Shown in pieces: positions 54,108 through 61,899 of a stretch of 64,000 bases of DNA (its first letter is position 1; every line of letters begins with the position of its first letter). Origin of the DNA: Nitrosopumilus sp. GTDB lineage: Archaea; Thermoproteota; Nitrososphaeria; Nitrososphaerales; Nitrosopumilaceae. Both the position numbers and the translations under genes were made by a program. The DNA is taken from contig OZ243974.1 of NCBI GenBank assembly GCA_965214775.1, forward strand, positions 1,664,001 through 1,728,000. Direction: 5' to 3'. Under the pieces are notes generated by a model, which saw only the letters and a program-made list of their open reading frames with translations, searched no databases and was not told the DNA's origin.

Positions 54108-55427
54108 TTGACTGCGCAGAAACCCCTCACAAGCCTGCCTGATCTAGATCAGATCGCACCGGCTTGCACCGCCAAGATTGAAATACCAAAGCACCACACT
54201 ACCTCCAAGGATGAAGTCGCCGAGAGGCTGACCGATATGGGAAAAACAAAACTACATACGAAAAAAGGCACTGCCAGACAGACAAAGAAATCCAGGCTTC
54301 TTGCAAACTCTGACATAAAGCGGTGGTATGACAACCTGGCCCGTGGCAGCATGAACACCGCCGAAGGGCGCCTCAGACGGCTAGGCCGCTTCTGTGAGAT
54401 GCATCAGATGACTCCAGCTCAATTGGCAGATCTTGCAATGAAGGATCTGAGGGCTGCGACGGATCTGCTAGAGGATCACATAACCATGATGGAGGAAAAG
54501 GGAGGATCCCCCGGGTACATAGACGAGCAGATAAAGACCGTAAAGTCTTGGCTCAGACACTTTGATGTGGAGATAAGGCGCAAGATACGGGTCAGATCCA
54601 TCAACTTTACTCCCACGCTGCAAGACGAACGAGTCCCTGACGCACAGGAGATGGCCGAAATCTACAGCCGCGCCGGACTGCGCGAGTCGGTGATAATATC
54701 ACTGATAGCAAAGTCCGGCCTAAGGCCGGAGGTCATCGGAAACCACGACGGAACAGACGGGCTGACTATTGCCGACCTGCCTGACATTGTAATCCACCGG
54801 GGCAGAGCCAAGTGCATCAGAGTACCAAACAAAATAGTGGTACGGCACCAGCTCTCAAAGGCAAGACACCAGTACTTTACGTTTGGAACCCGGTCTGCAA
54901 CAAACCACCTTGTGGCATACCTTAACGACAGGCTGTCACACGGCGAGCCCCTCCACGGAGACTCGCCTGTAGTCGCACCTGACTATGCCTACAAGACCAA
55001 CCGGGGCAGAAACGCTGCAAAAAAGTTCCTGCCTACGCCACGCATAAGCAAGCTGGTCAGGAATGTGTTCCGGCCGCGATTTGCGTGGAGGCCATACGTG
55101 CTGCGCCCGTACTTTGACACACAACTGCTAATCGCAGAGTCCAAGGGAAAGATTGCGCATGACTTTCGCGTGTTCTTTATGGGACACAAGGGAACCATGG
55201 AGGCGCGGTATACCACGAACAAGGGGGTTCTTCCCGAGGTTCTGGTGGCCGAGATGCGCGAGGCGTTTCTCAGGGCAGAAGAACATTTGGAGCAGACCGA
55301 TACGGATCCGATGCTGGAGCAAAGAATCGAGGCGCAGAGCATCATCGAGACTGCAACGCCAGAACAGCTTGACCGTGTGCTAAAGGTGCTAGCATGCACC
55401 GGCAAGACGGGCCAAGCCAGGTCGTAG
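54108..55427 (+). CDS. Tyrosine integrase (start may be 54237)
   Basis: SGLRPE, LSKARH, YVLRPYF, FMGH, ARY; ends about 107 bp from the tRNA-Lys 3' end. Confidence 0.92.
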   Translation: MTAQKPLTSLPDLDQIAPACTAKIEIPKHHTTSKDEVAERLTDMGKTKLHTKKGTARQTKKSRLLANSDIKRWYDNLARGSMNTAEGRLRRLGRFCEMHQMTPAQLADLAMKDLRAATDLLEDHITMMEEKGGSPGYIDEQIKTVKSWLRHFDVEIRRKIRVRSINFTPTLQDERVPDAQEMAEIYSRAGLRESVIISLIAKSGLRPEVIGNHDGTDGLTIADLPDIVIHRGRAKCIRVPNKIVVRHQLSKARHQYFTFGTRSATNHLVAYLNDRLSHGEPLHGDSPVVAPDYAYKTNRGRNAAKKFLPTPRISKLVRNVFRPRFAWRPYVLRPYFDTQLLIAESKGKIAHDFRVFFMGHKGTMEARYTTNKGVLPEVLVAEMREAFLRAEEHLEQTDTDPMLEQRIEAQSIIETATPEQLDRVLKVLACTGKTGQARS

Positions 55428-55534
55428 TTGACAGTCTGCAGGCAGAGCGGCTCATCGCAGCGGGGCACAGGTTTGTAGGGATTCTGCCCAACGGCAGGGT
55501 AGTCCTGCAAAGGAACCCGGACCCAAAGTGAAGG

Positions 55535-55608
55535 CGGGTCTAAAGGGATTCGGACCCTTGACAACCGGATTAAAAGTCCGGTGCGCTACCTGGCTGCGCC
55601 ATAGACCC
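55535..55608 (-). tRNA. tRNA-Lys(UUU)
   Basis: GGGTCTA/TAGACCC acceptor stem, anticodon loop CTTTTAA. Confidence 0.92.
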
Positions 55609-55657
55609 TCATCAAAAATGCTTTTCGCGCATAATTTAGTCTTTTACAAAAATTTTT

Positions 55658-55750
55658 GTATGAGGTCACGTCCCCTTGCTGGCTAGGCATGGAAATCATA
55701 ATTGTACATACCAATTCGTGCCTGATTTGTGGGGGTAGGTGACCACGTAC
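55658..55750. mobile_element. MITE-C (93 bp) between the divergent tRNAs
   Basis: Same TIRs, 8-bp TSD AAATTTTT. Confidence 0.9.
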
Positions 55751-55806
55751 AAATTTTTTGTCGTGACAGAAACTTTTAATCTGGCAATCTCACTCAAAGA
55801 ATTTGT

Positions 55807-55884
55807 GCCCTTGTAGTATAGCCCGGTCTAGAATTCGGCCCTGTCACGGCTGAGACGCGTGTTCAAATCCCGCCGAGGGCGCCA
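55807..55884 (+). tRNA. tRNA-Asp(GUC) with encoded CCA
   Basis: GCCCTTG/CGAGGGC stem, loop CTGTCAC, GTTCAAATC. Confidence 0.95.
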
Positions 55885-56006
55885 TTCCTCTTTATTCAAA
55901 TCCCTGAAAGGGATCTACTCATGTCCGTCCCCGCTGGTCATTGTCTCCTAGGGCAGCCTCAAGATCCCCGGTTATCACGTACGAGCATTCCATAGATCTT
56001 GCTCTG

Positions 56007-56143
56007 AGAGATGATCCGAAATTAGAAACCATACGAATTTTTCAAGTAATTTCACAGATAACTTGTATTTTGTAGGTGTTTTGAGCCGTTTTATGCAAAT
56101 TCGTTCACAAATAATCAGAGTTTGCTAATTTCGAATCAACTCT
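56007..56143. mobile_element. MITE-B (137 bp)
   Basis: Imperfect TIRs, 3-bp CTG duplication. Confidence 0.88.
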
Positions 56144-56172
56144 CTGGGGACTCGTCTGGATCCTGAGATTGA

Positions 56173-56271
56173 TTTGCCGACTTTGCCGACTTTGCCGACT
56201 TTGCCGACTTTGCCGACTTTGCCGACTTTGCCGACTTTGCCGACTTTGCCGACTTTGCCGACTTTGCCGAC
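56173..56271. repeat. Perfect 9-bp tandem repeat (TTTGCCGAC) x11
   Basis: Seen directly. Confidence 0.95.
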
Positions 56272-56312
56272 TTTTGGCGCCTGAAGTCCCTGTTTTATCT
56301 GAAGATTTGACA

Positions 56313-57464
56313 TGTATAGTCCAAAAAGTAGTTCACCCCTTCTCCGAGTGTGTAAAGTCGGTCAGGAGCAGATGTGCAAGCCTGACCCACACTGGAAGTA
56401 CAGGTGTGTGGGTCTGGCGACGAAAGCTCCGTAAATACGTGAGTCTTGAGCACCCAAACGGCATGAAGCTAGAGAAAAACCAGGTACAATGGATAGTGCA
56501 GGAAAAGAAAAAGGGCGAGCTTACCTGCGCCCAGATAGCCGGAACCATGGACGTGACGGTACGGTGGGTCCAGAAGCTGTGGGCCAGGCACAAAGGCTGC
56601 CCTGCAGCAAGCGAGATATCGCATCCTGCGCCAATGGGAAGGCCCCAGAACGGTCTGCCCGGACGCAGGGAGCACTCTGCAGTCATGTCTGCCAGACATG
56701 CAGAGCACATGGGGGCTGCCGGACTGCAGCAGCGCATAGCGAATCAGACCGGAATCCATATCCCGCACGGCATCATACACAAGATACTGAGGGACGAGGA
56801 GATGGCAGAGGCGCAGCCCAGCAAGGGTACAAGGTACAGGTGGGTCCGATACGAGCGCGATCACTCAAACTCACTGTGGCATACAGACTGGAAGCAGATC
56901 CACGGCGGAATGCACGACGGCAGATGGTTCCTGTGCTACGAGGACGATGCCTCCAGGTTTGTGACCGGATATGGCATCTTTGATAATGCCACGACCAAAA
57001 ACGCCCTGGCAGTGCTTGAGACGGCAATAGAAAAGCACGGCAAGCCGGCCTCGATCATGACAGACCACGGCAGCCAGTTCTATGCCAACGAGAAAGAGAC
57101 GGCAAAAAAGAGGGGCGAAGGCGAGTTTGAAAAGAAACTGACAGAACTGGGAATACGGCAGATCCTGGCAGGCGTGGGACGACCCCAGACCAACGGAAAG
57201 GTCGAGCGCCTCCACGGGGAGATCCAGCGCAAGCTGCACGAGTTCGAGGAGATCATGATGAGAAAAAGCGACCCGATAGACCTGTTCATGCAGTGGTACA
57301 ATCATGACAGGCCCCACAGGTCGCTGGACTGGGACAATCAGGAGACGCCCGCGCAGGCATTTCTCAGAAAGATGCCCAAGGAGGGGGAAACCGTTATTGA
57401 CGGGCAGACAGGAGAGGAGTATGATGTCAAATAAGGGGGGGCGAACTACTTTCTGGATCCCACA
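56313..57464 (+). mobile_element. IS481-family element with a 16-bp TSD ATCTGAAGATTTGACA
   Basis: TGT...ACA ends, ~28-bp imperfect TIR, duplication at 56297-56312 and 57465-57480. Confidence 0.92.
56463..57434 (+). CDS. IS481 transposase
   Basis: LWHTDWK, EDDASRF, MTDHGSQF, PQTNGKVER. Confidence 0.92.
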   Translation: MKLEKNQVQWIVQEKKKGELTCAQIAGTMDVTVRWVQKLWARHKGCPAASEISHPAPMGRPQNGLPGRREHSAVMSARHAEHMGAAGLQQRIANQTGIHIPHGIIHKILRDEEMAEAQPSKGTRYRWVRYERDHSNSLWHTDWKQIHGGMHDGRWFLCYEDDASRFVTGYGIFDNATTKNALAVLETAIEKHGKPASIMTDHGSQFYANEKETAKKRGEGEFEKKLTELGIRQILAGVGRPQTNGKVERLHGEIQRKLHEFEEIMMRKSDPIDLFMQWYNHDRPHRSLDWDNQETPAQAFLRKMPKEGETVIDGQTGEEYDVK

Positions 57465-57602
57465 ATCTGAAGATTTGACAAGACAACTGGCTATTCACAT
57501 GATTTTTAGTCATGGATCACTTCTCTGGCCGGCAGGCACGTAACCTCACACGTCAGTCTGAAGTATATGACTCGTGGCGATGGAGACAGCAACATGCAAA
57601 TC

Positions 57603-57760
57603 TGCAGTGCCCACACCAAAAAATGGATCATGGTTTTGACATATCGTACCTATTCTAACAGAAAAATATTCGACTTTCAACTGTACGTACTATGCAGACA
57701 GCTTGGATTTAGCTGTTTCATGGTTTGGAGCCGTTTTTTGGGCTACTTTTGGGAAGACTG
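57603..57760. mobile_element. MITE-D copy (57603-57694) followed by a MITE-E end (57700-57760)
   Basis: Similar to 10890-10999 and to the reverse complement of 8294-8345. Confidence 0.7.
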
Positions 57761-57777
57761 CCCGTTCTGGATCCCGC

Positions 57778-58842
57778 TCTATTGTACGAAAATTAGGTCG
57801 CACTAATTTGAGGAGGATTGCAGGGGATTACTTTAGGCTTTACCGATCAAGAAAACCGATGGTTGTAAGGCTCGAGGCAAAGCAGATCAGATACGCAGTG
57901 ACGCAATGTGCAGGGGGACGAAAGCCCTCGGAGGTGGCCCCGGAGATAGGCGTCACGACAAGGCACGTCCAGCGGATGTATGCCCGGTTCAGGAAGACAG
58001 GCGACACGCACCACGTGCCGCTCAAGCCGGGAAGGAAAAAGAGCGCCCCGGTTCCCGACGGGGACGTGCGCGCAGTCCTGGAGGAGTACAAACACAGTGC
58101 AGCAGGGGTGGTTCATACGGCCAAGAGGCTGCGAAGGCAACTCGATATAAGCTACTACGAGGTATACAGGATAATGAAAGAAAACGGGCTGGTGACGCCA
58201 TCGGCTGCAAAATCAATGCCCAGAAAATACGTCCGCTTTGAGCGCAAATACTCCAATGCCATGTGGCACGTGGACTGGCATACCATGAAGGATCCGCGCT
58301 TTGCAGGGCTCAATTTGGTCACGTTCCTAGACGACTCGTCCAGGTGCGTGACTGGTGCGGGCCTGTTCAGGGAGGCCACCTCAGAAAACGTCGTGGCGGT
58401 CCTGCGGCAGGCCGTGGCCCAGTTCGGCGCGCCTGCCACCATACTCTCAGACAACGGCAAGTGCTTTGTCGGGGCGCGCTCGGATCCGAAGAAGAAGAAG
58501 AGTCCGCCCAAGGGCGGATGGAGGCCCACTGCCTTTGAGGAGGAGCTGCTCAACTGCGAAATCGGGCTGATAAACTCCAGGCCGTATCACCCGCAGACCA
58601 ATGGCAAACTGGAGAGATTCCACAGGAGCATCGAGGAGGAGATATGGAACCACAAGAGTCTGTCTGCATACATCGACTACTATAACGAGGACAGGCTGCA
58701 CTGGTCGCTTGACATCGACAACTACGAGACGCCGCTGCGGGCATTCTCCGACAGGGAGGCCACAGAAGCGATCAGGAAAAGCAACCCAAGATGGATGGAG
58801 GAGGACATTGGTGATGGTGCGACATAATTTTCATATAATACA
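57778..58842 (+). mobile_element. IS481-family element with a 15-bp TSD CGTTCTGGATCCCGC
   Basis: TIR TATTGTACGAAAATTAGGTCGCAC / GTGCGACATAATTTTCATATAATA; duplication at 57763-57777 and 58843-58857. Confidence 0.92.
57859..58827 (+). CDS. IS481 transposase
   Basis: MWHVDWH, LDDSSR, LSDNG, PQTNGKLERFH. Confidence 0.92.
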   Translation: MVVRLEAKQIRYAVTQCAGGRKPSEVAPEIGVTTRHVQRMYARFRKTGDTHHVPLKPGRKKSAPVPDGDVRAVLEEYKHSAAGVVHTAKRLRRQLDISYYEVYRIMKENGLVTPSAAKSMPRKYVRFERKYSNAMWHVDWHTMKDPRFAGLNLVTFLDDSSRCVTGAGLFREATSENVVAVLRQAVAQFGAPATILSDNGKCFVGARSDPKKKKSPPKGGWRPTAFEEELLNCEIGLINSRPYHPQTNGKLERFHRSIEEEIWNHKSLSAYIDYYNEDRLHWSLDIDNYETPLRAFSDREATEAIRKSNPRWMEEDIGDGAT

Positions 58843-58913
58843 CGTTCTGGATCCCGCACCAACTATTAATAGCCAGAACAGGACATATACAATAGGAGAA
58901 TCGGGGAAGCACT

Positions 58914-59114
58914 ATGAAATCCGAATATGAATACATCATGTCTGCACGTGATCAGTTGGGAGAACACTTGGGATGCTGGATCGCAGTGGTAGGGGAAGAG
59001 ATAGTCTCAACTGGCGATAATGCCAAAGAAGTCTATCAAAAAGCAAAAGAACAACACCCGGGAAAAACCCCATTTATCATGAAAATTCCCAAAGAGACCG
59101 TAATGTTACTTTAG
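58914..59114 (+). CDS. DUF5678-like small protein
   Basis: G.WIAVVGEEIV..G...EVY.KAKE..P...PFI. Confidence 0.78.
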   Translation: MKSEYEYIMSARDQLGEHLGCWIAVVGEEIVSTGDNAKEVYQKAKEQHPGKTPFIMKIPKETVMLL

Positions 59115-59122
59115 CTTCAATC

Positions 59123-59581
59123 TTGTCCTCCATATTCAGAAACAGATCCAACATCATATTGCACTACGTCAATTATGATGATCCGATAACAAACTCAACA
59201 TACAGGCTTCCGATGGTAAACGTGATACTGATTCACAAAGGACGAGATCTAAAGACCGTGGCACTTGTCGATTCGGGCACAACATCCAATTTTTTGCCAA
59301 GAGAACTGGCTGAAATTTTAGACGTGGACTTGACAAAAAAACCAAAAGATGCGGTGGGTGCAGGCGGCAAGTTCAGCAGCATTGCGTCATTGATTGGGAA
59401 ATACCAGTTAATAAAAAACAAAAATGCGGTTTTTGACGAGTTTGTAAATCTGGAGGTAAATGTTCCTGTAAAAGAGGATACTTTGCCATATATGGTCCTT
59501 GGACGGGACAGCATATTTAGAAGATTCGACATAATATTCATGGAGATGAGAGAAAAAATCATTCTAAAAAGGGACAGCTGA
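59123..59581 (+). CDS. Retropepsin-like aspartyl protease
   Basis: ALVDSG catalytic motif and LGRD. Confidence 0.82.
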   Translation: MSSIFRNRSNIILHYVNYDDPITNSTYRLPMVNVILIHKGRDLKTVALVDSGTTSNFLPRELAEILDVDLTKKPKDAVGAGGKFSSIASLIGKYQLIKNKNAVFDEFVNLEVNVPVKEDTLPYMVLGRDSIFRRFDIIFMEMREKIILKRDS

Positions 59582-59672
59582 TCGGGCTCTGGAAATCGTC
59601 GCTGATTCCAGGTTACTGCACTTGTGACAGTATCCTTTTGAGGAAATTACTGCTTGCAAGTGTGTCTGCATC

Positions 59673-59764
59673 TGTAGTCAATACATAAAAAAATGGAATA
59701 CGATCTTGACACATCGTGCCTATTTCACCAAAAAAATATTCCATTTTCAACTGCACGAACTATG
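59673..59764. mobile_element. MITE-D copy
   Basis: Near-identical to 484-575. Confidence 0.78.
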
Positions 59765-60219
59765 GGAATGCACCGGATAAAAGACAGTCATCTGCAACGT
59801 ACGCCGCACCTGCGCCTCGAGTGCCTCCTGCGCGGCCTCGTGGGTGGTCGCCCTGATCCTGCAGGCGTGCCACCAGGCGGCGGCGGTGCGTGTGTGCGTC
59901 ATGGCGTTGGCGCATCCGCCCACCGACGCGTCCCTGACGGCGACGCGCATCATGCCGCGGCTCGGCTTGCCGATCCCGTATACGGCGTTGTACCTCCCAG
60001 ACATGCTGACGCAGGAGGAGAGCATGTTCACCCCGCCCTCCGCAGCATGTTGACACATGCGCGGGTCGTTCTCAAGATCGCAACACTGTCTGGATTTTTG
60101 TTTTCTCAACAAAAACCTCGGTGCCGTACCATGTTTGATCTGTTTGCATCTGATAGTATTGTCAAGACGGTCTAAATTTCTTGGTTTTCTGCATGACTGG
60201 GGTACTTTTCACTTGGCTG
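59765..60219 (+). mobile_element. Probable 3' remnant of an IS sharing its right end with MITE-G
   Basis: GC-rich degenerate coding stretch; 60154-60219 repeats 60531-60596. Confidence 0.5.
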
Positions 60220-60224
60220 CTGTT

Positions 60225-60346
60225 CAGTCTTCCCAGAAGTAATCCGGAAAACGGCTCTGGATTTGAAGCAGACCAAGTTATGACGCCTGCCGATTCACTT
60301 GCCACCATCTGCACAGTCATGAATGGCGTACTTCTGGGAAGACGTG
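60225..60346. mobile_element. MITE-E family element
   Basis: TIR GTCTTCCCAGAAGTA / TACTTCTGGGAAGAC. Confidence 0.75.
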
Positions 60347-60445
60347 AACCCGCCCCGGGTTCACGTCTGATATGAGACGACATATAACGGCAGAGGCGAT
60401 TGGGACGCCTACAATATCCCTACCATTATTTTTTTATTCTCAAAT

Positions 60446-60596
60446 CAGCTAAGCGAAAAGTACCCCAGATCTGACATTATGGAAGGGCTTTGGGCTCCCT
60501 GAGACAAGCCGTCATACCCTCCTTGAACACTAGTATTGTCAAGACGGTCTGAATTCCTTGGTTTTCTGCCTTGCTGGGGTACTTTTCGCTTAGCTG
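60446..60596. mobile_element. MITE-G (151 bp)
   Basis: Perfect 23-bp TIR CAGCTAAGCGAAAAGTACCCCAG. Confidence 0.8.
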
Positions 60597-60643
60597 GCAG
60601 ACTAAACACAAATTAAACATCCACTTTTAGCTACAACCAGATA

Positions 60644-61708
60644 ATGAATGGTGAAAAATCCAGATTTATGATAGCAAATATCGCCTGGAATAGTAAGGAT
60701 TGGCGCGAGATTGAACCGCCCAATCGAAATGCGGGTTCACGGTATGCTCAAGAAAACTCGCCACACGAATCGTTGAACTTTGACTTTAACAAAAAAGGAG
60801 TAGATACCGAAGAACATGTGTTTGGTTACGTGGAATGGCGTGGAACCCCGCGACGATTCGAGGAGCCTGGAATCATCTTCTTTCATACAAAAAACCTTGA
60901 GAACGGCAAAAACGAAATAGTCGGCGTCTACTGCGGCGCCAGAGTCCTAAGCGAGAAGGAAACAAAAACAGCGTTTTGGAAGGGATTTCAAGACAACAAA
61001 TTGGTTGCAAACATACAAGCCGAAAAAGCAAAATCCGTACTGTTTAAAATCCGTTTGGACGCAAGCAAGTATGAAGACAAGTACTATAAAGGCGAAAGGA
61101 TGGTATCGCGATACTTTCAGTATGTATGGAAGCAGGAGATCGCCGAGGAGATGATAACGGATGAAATTCGAGGAACTGTTAAATCAGATGCAGGGTTTGA
61201 GGAGCTTGACAAACTATCCGTCATTTTTGAGGAGATAACCGGCAAAAAGTGCGTCTGCATTCCAGTGGAAAAAGACAATGATCAAAAAGAGCAGGAAGAA
61301 CTAGAAGAAGATTCCGGCAAGCCGATAAGCAAAGTGGCTGAGGAATTAAAAAAACTAGACTTGGAAGAAAAACCTCCGGAAGTGATTAGGCGTAATGGCA
61401 AAGAATACAAAAGATACAATCTAATCATCGCCCGTTTGAAACAATACCGAAATTACCAATGTCAGATATGTCATATTAAAATCAAGAAAGGAAATGGCGG
61501 TTATTACATAGAGGGGGCGCACATCACCCCAAAGAGAGATAGAGGGGGTGAAAAAACCTCCAACATCATGATCCTATGTCCGAACCACCACAAGGAATTT
61601 GATTACGGAAATATTGAGAATATGAGACGTTCCAAAGAACAGGTACGGTTCAAAATGAACGGAAAAGAATATGAGATTGATCTTGAAGTAAAGTCCGTGG
61701 TCAGCTGA
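60644..61708 (+). CDS. HNH endonuclease with an uncharacterised N-terminal domain
   Basis: CQIC..IEGAHI.P..GG...SNIMILCPNHHKEFDYG. Confidence 0.88.
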   Translation: MNGEKSRFMIANIAWNSKDWREIEPPNRNAGSRYAQENSPHESLNFDFNKKGVDTEEHVFGYVEWRGTPRRFEEPGIIFFHTKNLENGKNEIVGVYCGARVLSEKETKTAFWKGFQDNKLVANIQAEKAKSVLFKIRLDASKYEDKYYKGERMVSRYFQYVWKQEIAEEMITDEIRGTVKSDAGFEELDKLSVIFEEITGKKCVCIPVEKDNDQKEQEELEEDSGKPISKVAEELKKLDLEEKPPEVIRRNGKEYKRYNLIIARLKQYRNYQCQICHIKIKKGNGGYYIEGAHITPKRDRGGEKTSNIMILCPNHHKEFDYGNIENMRRSKEQVRFKMNGKEYEIDLEVKSVVS

Positions 61709-61899
61709 ACGGGGATAGCCAGCCTTAGAAACACACTGCAATGAGCAGTTTCCGTTTTTGCCAGATTTCTCAGTACATTTTGCTTATCTGCAAGTACAGA
61801 TCCACACATATCAAAGACCGAGTTATATTGGATTTCTGCACCCGTCAACATCCGTCTCAGATGTCAATCTGACTATCAACAATACCCGTACTGTGTACA

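Larger units (their letters stand above)
39622..55535. mobile_element. ~16 kb integrative element at the 3' end of tRNA-Lys carrying a type I R-M locus
   Basis: Integrase abuts the tRNA; degenerate tRNA 3' fragment at 39622-39644; 39485-39629 repeats 55398-55542 with one mismatch. Confidence 0.8.

Noticed and set aside
56169-56462. Cys-Arg-Leu repeat N-terminal extension on the IS481 transposase
   Set aside because: The repeat lies outside the IS left end (56313) and is chance read-through of the 9-bp array; the real start is 56463
57703-57858. N-terminal extension of the second IS481 ORF
   Set aside because: Starts outside the element's left end (57778) in MITE-E sequence
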